This document shows positions 28,664 to 39,441 of a stretch of 64,000 nt of DNA, piece after piece. This stretch comes from a virus. Position 1 is the stretch's first letter. Each line of letters opens with the position of its first letter. The notes beneath the pieces were generated by a model. That model worked only from the letters and a program-made list of their open reading frames with translations. It did no database searches and was not told the DNA's origin. Location of the stretch: IMG/VR virus record IMGVR_UViG_3300044998_001357, positions 1 through 64,000 of that record; one strand, given 5' to 3'. Made by a program: the position numbers and the translations under genes.

Positions 28664-29081
28664 CGACGACGGCGAGCTTTTGTTGTTGTTGGGCAGGCAA
28701 GAGGAGCGGCTTACCTCTTGCCTCCGACTGACTCCACTGGACGGCGAATCCGCACTGCAAAAGCTTGACCTGGCCTTCACCCAGGTTCTTGGAACGGGAA
28801 CTCGGACGCCACCCGACCACAATCGTCTTCTTCTCCTCCTGAGTGACCCTTCCTGCCGGAACGGGTCACTTTTTTTGTGCCCTTTTAGGCTTCGACAATA
28901 CGTGTACCGAAGTACACTATAAGAGGCGAAGAAAATTCCGGCACTGGCCTTGATGCTATGATTGAAGCTGTGTAATATGCTATGTGGAAGCTAGGAGTCA
29001 CCGATGCAGCAACTGTTCGAGGCGATGTACACAATCGCTCTCTTGGTCTGTTTCTTTATCGCCCTACTCAGGAGGGAGTAA

Positions 29082-29441
29082 ATGATGAGCGAACTCGGAT
29101 TGAAAGAAATCCGCGTTGTGAGCACACGCCCATCCCGCGTTGGCCCCAAAAGAAGAACGACTCGCGAGAAGCCCTTGCGAACAGGAGTTGAACTGGCATC
29201 TGAACGGTACGCTCTTGGGCAGGATATCTGGACGGGCCTAGCTCTCCAGGGCGAGGATGCTCGACAGTGGCTGCGAATCTTCTTCCAAGTGGAAGAGGAG
29301 CACGGCTGGGCCACGAGCGTCGAGTCGATAATCGAGGTTCGTGGCGACCACGTAACGGTCGCTCTGCAAGACGGCAGGAAGAAGATTGTTGTTCGACACG
29401 TCTCGTCGCGTCTCGCAGAGGATGGCGAAAAACAGAGCTAA
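29082..29441 (+). CDS. Hypothetical protein
   Basis: GGAG RBS. Confidence 0.55.
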   Translation: MMSELGLKEIRVVSTRPSRVGPKRRTTREKPLRTGVELASERYALGQDIWTGLALQGEDARQWLRIFFQVEEEHGWATSVESIIEVRGDHVTVALQDGRKKIVVRHVSSRLAEDGEKQS

Positions 29442-29456
29442 TCAGAGGATAGGAAG

Positions 29457-29933
29457 ATGAAGCGTATCATCGAAATGAAGCCCATCCAGGAACTCACCAA
29501 CGAAATCAACAAGAATATGGAAGAGTCGCTCCAGCGGGTCCGTGAGAACTACCAACGCAAGTTGAGGAACATGGAAGAGCACCGGCGGCTGATTCCCTTG
29601 CTCGACGCCGAGGGCGTGCCGCTGGAAGTCTACAAGTGGGACCAACTGGAGACGCTCTGTATCAACCTAGGAAAGAAACCCCAGACCAAGAAGGGCCGAC
29701 AGCAATTCGTACGGTGGCTTCAGGCCATTCGTCGGGTTGTTGATTGCCCCCTGGTGAACCAGGGGACAGTGATTCCCAATAGCCGCACACGCGAGGTAGA
29801 GGTAACACTCTGCCCCACTAATTATCCTGACCTGCGGGTTAAGTACCGCGACAAGCTACCCAAGGACGCCAAGTGTAAAGTGGTGCGCAAGCGGGTACGG
29901 TACACGGAAGTACAGCTTGTATGTGAAGACTGA
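29457..29933 (+). CDS. Hypothetical protein
   Basis: RBS present; followed by GGGGTGGGGA/TCCCCACCCC hairpin and T-run. Confidence 0.6.
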   Translation: MKRIIEMKPIQELTNEINKNMEESLQRVRENYQRKLRNMEEHRRLIPLLDAEGVPLEVYKWDQLETLCINLGKKPQTKKGRQQFVRWLQAIRRVVDCPLVNQGTVIPNSRTREVEVTLCPTNYPDLRVKYRDKLPKDAKCKVVRKRVRYTEVQLVCED

Positions 29934-29990
29934 TTTGTTGGGCGGTAAGGGTGGGGAAACAAATCCCCACCCTCTTTTTCGGGAGGTAAG

Positions 29991-30737
29991 ATGCGGTTTC
30001 GCTACGATACTTCGCTCGCCAAGCTTGCTCGTTTTGCCGAGAAAGAACCTGAGGAAGCCGACTTGCCCGGCTTTGGGCCTTGTATTGTGGTGACGTTTCG
30101 TAATGGCAGAGCGATTCTCCACCACAGGGTCCAAAAAAGGGGAAAATTGGAGCACTGTAAAATAACGTGCGAGCATGCGAATGTTTGGAAACATTTCGCT
30201 GATATAAGTAAGGTAATTTCAGAACTCGCTGGTGGAAGGCGATATAAAAGAATTGGTACTCTGTTGATTGACGTGAAAATTACATCATCGCCCAATTGCC
30301 GGGAACTAATCGCACGCGTTCATCTCACGAACCAGCCGCCTAGCAATTACGGTTTTGCCGCCAAAGAGAAGATTCTATCTCGGACGGTGGTTTTTAATTC
30401 GCAGAAACACCCAGAGCAACTAGGCGTTTGCCTGTCCTTTATTCGCGGTCTTGAGCCAGGAGTTTTTCTGGATTTCTTGATGGATGAAACGCATGAGAAA
30501 TCCAAGGCAGACATCTGGAAACTGGCTGAGTGTTCAACTAAACGAGAATTCAGTCCTGGGTATCCTGTTGCACCCGCTGAGATTCTCGATAACAGCGATA
30601 TAAAGAAGAAAATCTCTATATATCTTTTTGGTAAAGTAGTTCTCATAAAATCCCAAAATGCAGGCGATGTGGTTATCGACAGTATAAATTACAACCTGTA
30701 TAGGGACTGGAACCATCTTGTAAAGGTGTATGGTTGA
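29991..30737 (+). CDS. Hypothetical protein
   Basis: GGAGG RBS; 248 aa. Confidence 0.6.
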   Translation: MRFRYDTSLAKLARFAEKEPEEADLPGFGPCIVVTFRNGRAILHHRVQKRGKLEHCKITCEHANVWKHFADISKVISELAGGRRYKRIGTLLIDVKITSSPNCRELIARVHLTNQPPSNYGFAAKEKILSRTVVFNSQKHPEQLGVCLSFIRGLEPGVFLDFLMDETHEKSKADIWKLAECSTKREFSPGYPVAPAEILDNSDIKKKISIYLFGKVVLIKSQNAGDVVIDSINYNLYRDWNHLVKVYG

Positions 30738-30780
30738 AAAATACTACCTCCGTTTACCATCGCAGTAAGGAGGCCCGACG

Positions 30781-31542
30781 ATGGCAGTACAATACGCAAC
30801 CGGTATCCGAATCCTTGACAACCTGGTTCTTTCAACAGTAGAGTCGTTTGATGGACAGCTTCTCCAGTATTGGCACGAGGAATTTAACGCTATCAGCGAG
30901 CTTTTCGTTGTGGACGCTGTGGTAACGGTAGATGCAACCAAGCCGATTCTGGCGAAAGCCGCAAAGTACCGAAAATACCGAAAATTGGTGAAGCACACCA
31001 GGAACCAAATGACCCTAAGCCGAACTCCAAATGCCGGTAAAATGGTGAGGTATGGTGACAAGGTAGGGTTGGTGACTCATTATCAAGGTGGCCGATGCCG
31101 GGTCGAAATCGATAGTAAATCAGTGCTTGTTGACTCTAGTCATGTTCAAGTAATCGAGCCAGAGCAATACATGCAAGGGAAGCTTGTTTGTTCTTTATGC
31201 TATTCCACCACCAATAAAAAGTCTATCCTTTGGGTTCTGGTTCGTGGAGTAACACACGCCACCTGCCTAAAATGTTACACCAGCCATGTTCTGGAGGGTA
31301 ATGCTCATATTCGAATTGGGTCTCGGGTAAGGCACCCGGCTGAGTTTATCACACCGCCAGGAAACCAGGATGATTTTGAAGATGGCTTCCTCAGGGCGAT
31401 TGCTCAAAACCAGGATAACACGACCGACTGGCTCATCTACGCCGACTATCTGGAGGAACGGGGATGGCCCATGGACACCCAACGCGCCGAACTCATTCGG
31501 AGGACGCTTGATGAAGCGAGGACCACGACCACGACCCATTGA
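30781..31542 (+). CDS. Protein with C-terminal TIGR02996-like domain
   Basis: FLRAIAQNQDNTTDWLIYADYLEERG....RAELIR; AAGGAGG RBS. Confidence 0.75.
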   Translation: MAVQYATGIRILDNLVLSTVESFDGQLLQYWHEEFNAISELFVVDAVVTVDATKPILAKAAKYRKYRKLVKHTRNQMTLSRTPNAGKMVRYGDKVGLVTHYQGGRCRVEIDSKSVLVDSSHVQVIEPEQYMQGKLVCSLCYSTTNKKSILWVLVRGVTHATCLKCYTSHVLEGNAHIRIGSRVRHPAEFITPPGNQDDFEDGFLRAIAQNQDNTTDWLIYADYLEERGWPMDTQRAELIRRTLDEARTTTTTH

Positions 31543-32095
31543 AGAGCGTTTTCAAGACTACCTCCAAAAAGGGGGCGATGAAGAGTGTTGGGGATGGCTG
31601 GGACCGGTAAATCGCCAAGGATATCCCACCCTGGGTCGGGGCGGAAAAGGTGCCGGACAGGCCTCGGCAAGGATTCTGGCCTACCGGCTGGCACACCTGG
31701 TCGAACCCGAGGGGCTTGTGGTCACTACCTGCGGTAAGACCGATTGCCTCAATCCACGGCACCTCCAACTGGTTTCCCAAAAACCCGGCCGGACTGCTGC
31801 CGGTCGACTATGGGCAAAGGTGCTTAAAGGGGGTTCTGGGGATTGCTGGGTCTGGCAGGGTAGCACAACCAACGGCTACGGCTACATCTCGATGGGTCGC
31901 GGCGTTTACATGCCGGCTCACCGCCTGGTCTGGCAACTGGAACGAGGAGAGATTCCTCAGGGTCTGCTGGTTCGCCAGAAATGTGAGAATCGGCTTTGCT
32001 GCAATCCGGAGCATCTTTTCCTGGCGTTAAACGCGCAGGATAGCCCGGAGGTGTCCGAAATTGTTGTGCAGCGATGGCTAATGTTTAGCCGATAA
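31511..32095 (+). CDS. Tandem HNH-type endonuclease
   Basis: Two units of CW.W.G....GY...(AHR)...C....C.NP.HL; first His of the HNH motif appears replaced in both units. Confidence 0.8.
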   Translation: MKRGPRPRPIEERFQDYLQKGGDEECWGWLGPVNRQGYPTLGRGGKGAGQASARILAYRLAHLVEPEGLVVTTCGKTDCLNPRHLQLVSQKPGRTAAGRLWAKVLKGGSGDCWVWQGSTTNGYGYISMGRGVYMPAHRLVWQLERGEIPQGLLVRQKCENRLCCNPEHLFLALNAQDSPEVSEIVVQRWLMFSR

Positions 32096-32856
32096 CCATC
32101 CACATGTCGATGCCAGAGAATGTTTGTCTTAAAAAACAACGAGCAGCCGACCTGGATTCCTTGTCGACCAGAAAAAACCCCTCCTGGAAAACTATCCTGG
32201 AGGGGTTACGTTCAGTTTGTCCCATAAGGTCAACCTAAGCTCTTTGAGCATTCGGATGGCCTCGTTCCGACGGGCCGGCTCGCAATCCGCTCCGCCACAC
32301 TCTTGGCGAATCGCAGGCGTCTTGCGAGGCACGATACCACGGTAAGGACCAACACAATTGCAACTGCCCACAAAACCAATTATCTGCCATGATGAACCCC
32401 CTTTCCTGTGACCTGGGACACGGTCTAAAGGAGTATACGTACCTTCAGATGGGATATTTTCGTTTCGCGGTTTTTCGACCCGGCCTATATCCTTTACCCG
32501 GAACGTCCTGCTTTTTCGGTCTTGGTGGCGTGTGATAGTGGTCTTTTTGAATGGCCTGATTAGCCCTTTCCCAAGGCCTCGGGCGGTGGGTTGGCAGGGA
32601 TAAGACAATCGCAGCCGTTGCCGATGAGGTCTGCTCGTCCCGCCTCGATGAGAGCCCGTCGCACCTCGAAATAGTTCTCGGGCTTGAAAAACTGAAGCAT
32701 CGCCCGCTGCATCTTGCGGTCTTTAAGTTGTTTGGCCACATAGACTTCCGCGCCGGTGAAGGAGGCCCGGTTTGTATAGTAAAGTGTCGTAGCGATGTCG
32801 AACGGGTAGACACTTTGCTGTTCTCATGGTACGTTCTCCTTTCAGGAGGATTTGCC

Positions 32857-34443
32857 GTGCGTGCCTACAGCTATATCCGGTTCTCGAACCTCAAACAACA
32901 ACGAGGCGAATCGTTTCGCCGACAGTCGGAATTCGCAGCCAACATCTGCCGCGAAAATGGCTGGCAGCTGGACGACACCCTCACACTCCACGACCTGGGT
33001 GTGTCGGCCTTCCGTGGGAAGAACGCCAAGGTTGGTGCCCTGGCAGAGTTCCTCGATGCGGTCCGCAGCGAGCGCGTGCCGGCCGGGTCCGTGCTCATTA
33101 TCGAGAGCATCGACCGGTTAAGCCGGAACAAGGTGGGCGAGGCCCTCCAACTGTTCATCTCCATCCTCAATAGCGGCGTTTCCATCCTGACCCTCGAACC
33201 AAGGCGGCACTACACCTCGAACTCCATCAATGAAATCGCATCCCTGCTTGAGCCGATTATCTATATGAGTCGAGCCCACGAGGAGTCGGCCACCAAGTCC
33301 TACCGGCTGAAGGACGCCTGGGCCAAAAAGAAACAGCGTGCCGCCTCTGCCCGAACTCCCATCAGTCGAAATTGCCCTCGTTGGCTGGAACTCACCGAGA
33401 ACGGCTACGTCATTATCCCCGAACGGGCAGCCACGGTGGTCAAGATTTTCGAACTATGCCGGGATGGGTTAGGTATTCAGCGAATCCGAAACTACCTGAT
33501 TGCAAACCAGGAAGTTCACAAGCCATTTGGGGACTCGGGCAAGTGGCGAAGTAGTTACGTTGAAACCATCCTGAAAAGCCGTGCGGTCTTTGGGGAATAT
33601 CAGCCTGGTGCGCGCGACGAACAGAATCAAAAAAAGACCTGCGGTTCACCCATTGAGAACTACTTCCCGGTGGTGGTGTCCCAGGAACTTTTCTTTGCCG
33701 CCCAGTCAGCCATGCAATCCCGCTACCGTTCAGCAGGAAGGCCCGGAATGCGGGAAGCCAACCTCTTTACCGGGATTGTCTGGTGCGCCCGAACCAAGAC
33801 CAGGATGTCGGTCATCTCTTTTCGGTCCTATCGCTACCTGACCTCCGGAGCGGTTGCCCAGGGCAAGGTGCGTCGGGGTAACCCCTACAGCTTCCCCTAT
33901 AAAGAGTTTGAGCAAGCGATGCTACAAACGCTCTCGGAACTCCCCGTCGACGACACCCAGGAGGACGAACTGTCTCAGCAAGTGCAGTCCATCCAGGGAA
34001 GAATTGAAGTTATCGATAAACGTATCGAGGAGGCGGAGAAACGGGTGGTCGACCCAACCGAGGAACAGCCAGGGGTTTACATTAATATCATCAAAGCACT
34101 TAACATAAGCAAGTTAGACATGGTGCGTCAGCTAGAAGAAGTAAAGGGGAAGCAAGGATTGAAGCAATCTAATAGCTTTGATTCTCTTTTACATAAGCTT
34201 GAGAGTCTGCCGCTTGATGAGCTCGAGCCGGCTCGGCAAAAGTTGAAAAGCAGGATTCGAAGCATCGTAGATGCCATCTGGGTCCATATTTCAATAATCA
34301 ATAACAAAACACGAGTTGCGCAAGCTCAGGTTTTTCTCAAAAACGGTAAAAGGAAGCATATTCTTTTTTACAGTCATCCCGGCAAGGGACGCCTTCCCAC
34401 GCCCATCGAGGACTTCTCTCAGGCCGATTTGCGGGAGATGTAG
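32857..34443 (+). CDS. Large serine recombinase/integrase
   Basis: AYSYIRFS..Q..G.S..RQ, DLGVSAF, IESIDRLSR, recombinase domain and coiled coil; AGGAGG RBS before GTG. Confidence 0.92.
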   Translation: MRAYSYIRFSNLKQQRGESFRRQSEFAANICRENGWQLDDTLTLHDLGVSAFRGKNAKVGALAEFLDAVRSERVPAGSVLIIESIDRLSRNKVGEALQLFISILNSGVSILTLEPRRHYTSNSINEIASLLEPIIYMSRAHEESATKSYRLKDAWAKKKQRAASARTPISRNCPRWLELTENGYVIIPERAATVVKIFELCRDGLGIQRIRNYLIANQEVHKPFGDSGKWRSSYVETILKSRAVFGEYQPGARDEQNQKKTCGSPIENYFPVVVSQELFFAAQSAMQSRYRSAGRPGMREANLFTGIVWCARTKTRMSVISFRSYRYLTSGAVAQGKVRRGNPYSFPYKEFEQAMLQTLSELPVDDTQEDELSQQVQSIQGRIEVIDKRIEEAEKRVVDPTEEQPGVYINIIKALNISKLDMVRQLEEVKGKQGLKQSNSFDSLLHKLESLPLDELEPARQKLKSRIRSIVDAIWVHISIINNKTRVAQAQVFLKNGKRKHILFYSHPGKGRLPTPIEDFSQADLREM

Positions 34444-34628
34444 GCAACAGAAGAATTGCGTCCGCTCACCGTGAAGGCTCGCAGGGCCTCGCGCTCGCAT
34501 CGCTCGTAGGCATCTCCCTGCCCCGGGAGATGACCGCGAAACTGAAGGGCCTCGGTCCAGGAGTTGACCCACTTCTCCCCATCCCAAGACTCGCCATCTT
34601 TGTTCACAACCACAAAGCAATCACCCAT
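34419..34628 (-). CDS. Small hypothetical protein convergent with recombinase
   Basis: GAGGTG RBS before MGDCFVVV. Confidence 0.5.
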   Translation of the reverse strand: MGDCFVVVNKDGESWDGEKWVNSWTEALQFRGHLPGQGDAYERCEREALRAFTVSGRNSSVAYISRKSA

Positions 34629-34724
34629 CGCTAACACCTCAATAGGATGGCACCTAGCTTAATCGCCAGTAGGGTGTAGTCAATTGGTTGAGGCGTGCTA
34701 TGATTTGTCAAAAGGGGTGACGAA

Positions 34725-35186
34725 ATGGATGCCGTTCTGGTTCGATATATCGACTTTGCTGACCTGGCGGATATCGTTCGGTGCGAAAGAGCCCGGGGGA
34801 TTAAGTGCTGGGACAAGGAAAGTTTAAAGACGCTTATTAACAAACCCAGGGTGCGTGGCCTTGTGGCCGAGACCATCCTGGACAATAATGCGATTTGGGT
34901 CTGTGGCGCAATGATTTTCGCCGTTGAGTCCGATGGCTACGAAATCCTGTTGCTGTCGCACCATCCCGAAGCACCCGAAGAAACCAAAATTGCCCTCCTG
35001 CGAAAACTCTATACCCGGTCGGAAATGAATGATAAGAAGAATTTAAGGGTCACTATCCTCGACGGGGATTATTCCACGGTCCGTTTTTTCCAGGACCAGG
35101 GATGGGAAGTAAAACTCAGGCCCAATCCCGTCAGCACAGATATATGGGTGGGTACTTTTAAGCAAAAAGCATTCTTGGCCTATTGA
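34725..35186 (+). CDS. GNAT-fold protein (RimI-like, divergent)
   Basis: VRYI..ADL.DI..CE...W...L; C-terminal FFQDQGW. Confidence 0.6.
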   Translation: MDAVLVRYIDFADLADIVRCERARGIKCWDKESLKTLINKPRVRGLVAETILDNNAIWVCGAMIFAVESDGYEILLLSHHPEAPEETKIALLRKLYTRSEMNDKKNLRVTILDGDYSTVRFFQDQGWEVKLRPNPVSTDIWVGTFKQKAFLAY

Positions 35187-35258
35187 TTAAGTGATTTTTC
35201 TGGATATCATTGTAGGTCGCCCAAAAGGCGACCTTTGGCTATTTACTCAGGTGGGAAA

Positions 35259-36140
35259 ATGTTTAATGCCTTGCTGCCGTACTATGGCTGTAAACGACAG
35301 TCCGCTCTCCGAATCGGGGCCTTTTTGGGAAAACACACCGCCTACTGGGATGTTTTCTGTGCTTCCTGCTCGGTACTCTTTGCCAAGGAGCCCTCGCGCA
35401 TTGAAGTGGTGAACGACCTTCATGGAGGTGTCGTCAACCTTGCGCGTGTGGTGGCAAACGACAACCTGGCACCGCTTCTGTTTGACAAGCTGTCCCGAAC
35501 CGCCTTTTGTGAACCGCTGTACCATGAGATGCGCTCCAGGCTCGAGGAAGGTATCTCAGACCCCCTAGAATGGGCGTATAGCTATCTGGTGGTCTCCTGG
35601 CAGGGGCAAAATGGATTCACCGGCACCCAGAAGGAAAACAGGACCAGTTTTTGCAAACGGTTTGGGACCGGTGGTGGCGACCCGGCGACCCGGTTCCGAA
35701 ATATGGTCGCCCATCTACCAAGTTGGTGGGAACGGCTACGAGGAGTTACCATTCTCCAGAGCAACGCCTTTGACCTACTGAAGCGTATCGCCGACGAACC
35801 TGGTACGGTGATTTACTGTGACCCGCCTTACTACGAGAAGACGCTTCAATATCGCCACGATTTCACCAAGGAGGACCACGAAAAACTTGCCAAGGCCCTG
35901 AACCGGTTCCAGAAAGCTCGTGTCGTGGTGAGTTACTACGACCATGAAATTATCGACGAATTTTATGTTGGTGGTGGATTCATGAAATTCGACATTGAAA
36001 CTCGTAAAACCCTATCCCTATCAATGGGTAAGACAGAATCTCGCGCCCCGGAAATCCTATGGGTGAAGAACTATGAAGAAGATAGTGGTGGTGGGACTCC
36101 TGCCCGGGCAGGCAAAAAAAGTAGAAAGTGGGTGTCCTGA
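35259..36140 (+). CDS. DNA adenine methyltransferase (Dam/D12 class)
   Basis: LPYYGCK, DVFCAS, EVVNDL, IYCDPPY, EILW.NY. Confidence 0.88.
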   Translation: MFNALLPYYGCKRQSALRIGAFLGKHTAYWDVFCASCSVLFAKEPSRIEVVNDLHGGVVNLARVVANDNLAPLLFDKLSRTAFCEPLYHEMRSRLEEGISDPLEWAYSYLVVSWQGQNGFTGTQKENRTSFCKRFGTGGGDPATRFRNMVAHLPSWWERLRGVTILQSNAFDLLKRIADEPGTVIYCDPPYYEKTLQYRHDFTKEDHEKLAKALNRFQKARVVVSYYDHEIIDEFYVGGGFMKFDIETRKTLSLSMGKTESRAPEILWVKNYEEDSGGGTPARAGKKSRKWVS

Positions 36141-36375
36141 GGCAAGCCTCACGTTCGTTCAGGCTGACAAGAAAAATCGTTTGCCACCCGGTGAACACGT
36201 CGTATTAGTAACCAAGTTCATCCGCCACGGATGGACCGAATCCGCCTATAAAAAGTTTGACCGAGAAAACATCCATTTTCACGATGGCGGCATTAGTGGC
36301 CTAATTGTCAAAATTAAGGGTATCTGCAAGGAGCAAGGCCGTGGATTTTTTAAATCTGCTGAAAAAAACACTTGA
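36073..36375 (+). CDS. Hypothetical protein (DUF2325-like)
   Basis: IVVVGL...VVLVTKFIRH...GGISGL. Confidence 0.5.
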   Translation: MKKIVVVGLLPGQAKKVESGCPEASLTFVQADKKNRLPPGEHVVLVTKFIRHGWTESAYKKFDRENIHFHDGGISGLIVKIKGICKEQGRGFFKSAEKNT

Positions 36376-36676
36376 TGACGTGAAAGAAGCCAATTTTGCC
36401 GAGGCGGGGATAGGTTTCGCCGAACTGGCACGTTTTTGCCGGCGCATCGACAATAGTGGCGTTGCGCCTCCAACCGAGACCGTGTTTTACTGTATCGTTC
36501 ATGGCGCTGTCTGGGAAGTGGACCTGCCAACCATTCAAACTATCCTGAGGCGTATTGCCAAGGGTCGAGGTTTCCAAATGGAAGGAAGGCTTCTCACGCG
36601 AGAAGCATTCTTTCTGGATACGATGACGCAATCAGAGGCACGAGCAGGACTTCTTGACCTACCGGAGGAATCATAA
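36305..36676 (+). CDS. Hypothetical protein
   Basis: ORF overlapping previous gene; true start may be the GTG near 36341. Confidence 0.45.
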   Translation: MSKLRVSARSKAVDFLNLLKKTLDDVKEANFAEAGIGFAELARFCRRIDNSGVAPPTETVFYCIVHGAVWEVDLPTIQTILRRIAKGRGFQMEGRLLTREAFFLDTMTQSEARAGLLDLPEES

Positions 36677-36838
36677 ACAGGACGGTCCATCCCGCGTTTT
36701 AGGGTATCTCGATGAACAAGACCGCTCTCCTGACACCAGCATCCAGGATGATAGGTGTGTTGACTACAACATAGCATAAGCAGAAGCAAAAAGAGGGTGG
36801 TGGTATAATCCACTACCCTTTTCTTTTGGTATATCACT

Positions 36839-36918
<80 letters not shown>

Positions 36919-37017
36919 TTCTGTACGCCACCTTAACATCCTCTGCTTAAAAGTACTAAGCTAAGGTGGGGAAGCGACTACCAAAATCCGAACTTTTTTT
37001 TTGAAAGGGGCTTCGCC

Positions 37018-37248
37018 GTGGTGATTGTTGAAGTTCTCGACAACGAGGATAACATCATGGGCTTTTTCGTAACCGAACTCTCCGCACCGGAGTGTCAATC
37101 CAGACCGCTTCTGGAGTTTGAGGGGGTGCCGGGCCAGTGGTGGCCCTCGGGGGGCTTTGAATACCTCCAAACAGAAGGGCCAAACGCCTGGTTCAGACAT
37201 GCGGCAAGACTGGGAGAGGTTCACCTAGCCACTAGAAAATTTTTCTAG
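37018..37248 (+). CDS. Hypothetical protein
   Basis: AAGGGG RBS, GTG start. Confidence 0.4.
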   Translation: MVIVEVLDNEDNIMGFFVTELSAPECQSRPLLEFEGVPGQWWPSGGFEYLQTEGPNAWFRHAARLGEVHLATRKFF

Positions 37249-37566
37249 TTCGAGCTATTGACTATACAGGGCAAGCTCCTAATTATTGAGTCAGAGAAAA
37301 CGCTAGCTTTAGGAGCGATGGATGACGTTGTTCTTGTCGGTAGCTGTTTTTCGTGGTTGCTTGCCAACCACCAGCCCTGTCGCTCAAGACCTCTCTGTGA
37401 CGCTTTGGGTGTTTGCCCAGTCCTCGGTGGTCACTGCTTACGTCAGCGGGCTAGGGTTCGCTGGGGGGAGGGGTACACGGGCCTCGACATCGCCGACATT
37501 ACCCCGGCGCACCGGCAGTACCGTTTTGGCCGAATTGAAGGATTAATTCACATTGTGAACTAGGAG

Positions 37567-38790
37567 ATGAAAATGATTTTGCGAGGAAATTCTGAACTTC
37601 TGGAGAAAGGCTCGTTCGTTCTCCAGCATCAGCCCCTGGCGACCAAGGAAGGTTTCCGGAACGTCGCCAAGAAATGGTACGACAAGACCATCTCCTTTCC
37701 CCAGGCGATGGAGAAACTGGAACAGGACCGCAGCCACACCACCGACCTGAATGCGACTCTGGACGAGATGGTGCCTGCAGTAAACGAAGCGGGTCGTTTT
37801 GTCTTTCGATATCAGGACGGACGTGAGTTTCAGCCCACCCGTTTTGCTTTGACTCAGCTGGCCGGCTGGGCCTCAACCAGCCGCTGGGTACTGGAAAGCC
37901 TCTCCAGCCCACAGCTGGACCGCAGGGGCCGAAAACAGTACGACCGCGACCGCCAGGACGCCGAGACGCTACTGACCATAGTCCAAAATGGTCTCAGGCG
38001 TACCAAACCGGGCAAGCTCTTTCTGTGGCGAATCCGGGACGACAATACGCTCCGGGCGATTCTGTCCGACCGCTACGCCGTCGTGGATAATCGCTGGTTG
38101 CTTGAGTCCATGGAGCAACTGATTCCTGGTGGACGGGTAAGCCACTGGCGTGGAAACAGCGATTCGCTATACACAAACATTTTGATTCCTGATAGTATTC
38201 GGGCCGAGAGCGACAGCGACTATGGCGGCATGTTCTTTGTCGGCAACAGCGAGATTGGCGAAAGCCGATTGTCGGTGTATCCCTCTCTTTTCCGTGCGAT
38301 TTGCTGGAATGGCTGCATCTGGGGACAAAAAAAGGGTGAGGCCCTTACTCGGATTCATCGTGGCCGAGTGGACCTGAACGCCCTGCAGGTAGCCATTCGC
38401 GAGAATCTGAACTCGCAGATTCCTCTGCTCAACAACGGCATCAACTCCCTGCTGCAGACCAGGATGCTTCGTTGGGAGAACAGTTCTGCCACACCGCTAC
38501 TGGCGCAGGTGGCCATGGACGCCCGGATGAGCCGCAAGCAGGTTAAAGAGTTTCTAGGGGCCTACGACACAGAAGCCGTGACCACTCCGGAATATCGAAA
38601 CACCCTGTTTGGCATCATCAACGCCATTACCCGAGCAGGACAGAATCTGGAAGACTCGGACTGGGTGAGGTTTGATGAACTGGGCGGACGCATCCTGGCC
38701 GAGGGAGAAATTGGTTGGGAGCGAACGATTAAGCGGGCTATGTCGTTGCGCACAAGCGAGATTGAGTCCGTTTTAGGTATGGCTGGATAA
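37567..38790 (+). CDS. DUF932-family protein
   Basis: RAILSDRYAVVDN; NSEIG...ICWNGCI; IHRG; TLFGIINAIT. Confidence 0.8.
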   Translation: MKMILRGNSELLEKGSFVLQHQPLATKEGFRNVAKKWYDKTISFPQAMEKLEQDRSHTTDLNATLDEMVPAVNEAGRFVFRYQDGREFQPTRFALTQLAGWASTSRWVLESLSSPQLDRRGRKQYDRDRQDAETLLTIVQNGLRRTKPGKLFLWRIRDDNTLRAILSDRYAVVDNRWLLESMEQLIPGGRVSHWRGNSDSLYTNILIPDSIRAESDSDYGGMFFVGNSEIGESRLSVYPSLFRAICWNGCIWGQKKGEALTRIHRGRVDLNALQVAIRENLNSQIPLLNNGINSLLQTRMLRWENSSATPLLAQVAMDARMSRKQVKEFLGAYDTEAVTTPEYRNTLFGIINAITRAGQNLEDSDWVRFDELGGRILAEGEIGWERTIKRAMSLRTSEIESVLGMAG

Positions 38791-38925
38791 ATTAATTTTT
38801 TCAGCTATTCTTCAGTCTCGTTACATACTAGAATGCAGGATGTCGCCAGCTAAGCTCAGGTTGGCGGCATCACTTCTGGGATGAGCTTGGCCCCTTTAGT
38901 GGGGATTTGGTGAGGTGACTGAAGC

Positions 38926-39180
38926 ATGGCAAAAAAACGAACGGAGTATGATGTAACTCCAGAGCAGTTTATCGAGGCCTGGCAGACCTCACAGAGTGCT
39001 CAGGAAGTGGCGACTCGTCTTAAGATGCCTAAACCAATTGTTCTTGCCAGGGCATCTTTCTACCGCCAGGCAGGAATCAATCTGAAAAAAATGCCACGAA
39101 AAACCAGCCGCGAACTTGATGTTGAGCGACTGAATAAACTAATTGAAGAATTGAGGCGCAAGGAATCACCCAGGAGGTAG
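38926..39180 (+). CDS. Small putative DNA-binding protein (paralog A)
   Basis: PEQFIEAWQTS.S..EVA..L...ARAS.YR..G..LK.M...LDVE.LN. Confidence 0.7.
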   Translation: MAKKRTEYDVTPEQFIEAWQTSQSAQEVATRLKMPKPIVLARASFYRQAGINLKKMPRKTSRELDVERLNKLIEELRRKESPRR

Positions 39181-39195
39181 GTTTCTTTTTCTCTC

Positions 39196-39223
39196 AAGGC
39201 GACCTCATGGTCGCTTTTTTTTT
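39196..39223 (+). terminator. Intrinsic terminator
   Basis: GCGACC/GGTCGC stem plus long T-run. Confidence 0.75.
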
Positions 39224-39441
39224 GTTGTTGGCGTGCAAACTGTTGACCAAGTTATTTTGTAAACTATACTCTGTCCTAAGGTATTGGCGTCAATGAGCGA
39301 CAAGCCTTGACCGGTAAATTTGTACAGTTATCCTTGGGGAGAGTTGGTTACCGGTGCAGGTGGAAACATTCGCCGCAATCTGGAGGGAATCACGGTCCGG
39401 AAGAGCTATGTCCGCCGTAACGAGATTCTTTAGGAGAGCTA

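Noticed and set aside
32620-32675. Hammerhead ribozyme (GATGAG...CTCGAAA)
   Set aside because: Lacks the exact CUGANGA core, and stems I/III with an NUH site could not be built
32100-34700. att sites for the serine recombinase
   Set aside because: No convincing repeat or att-like pair could be identified by eye
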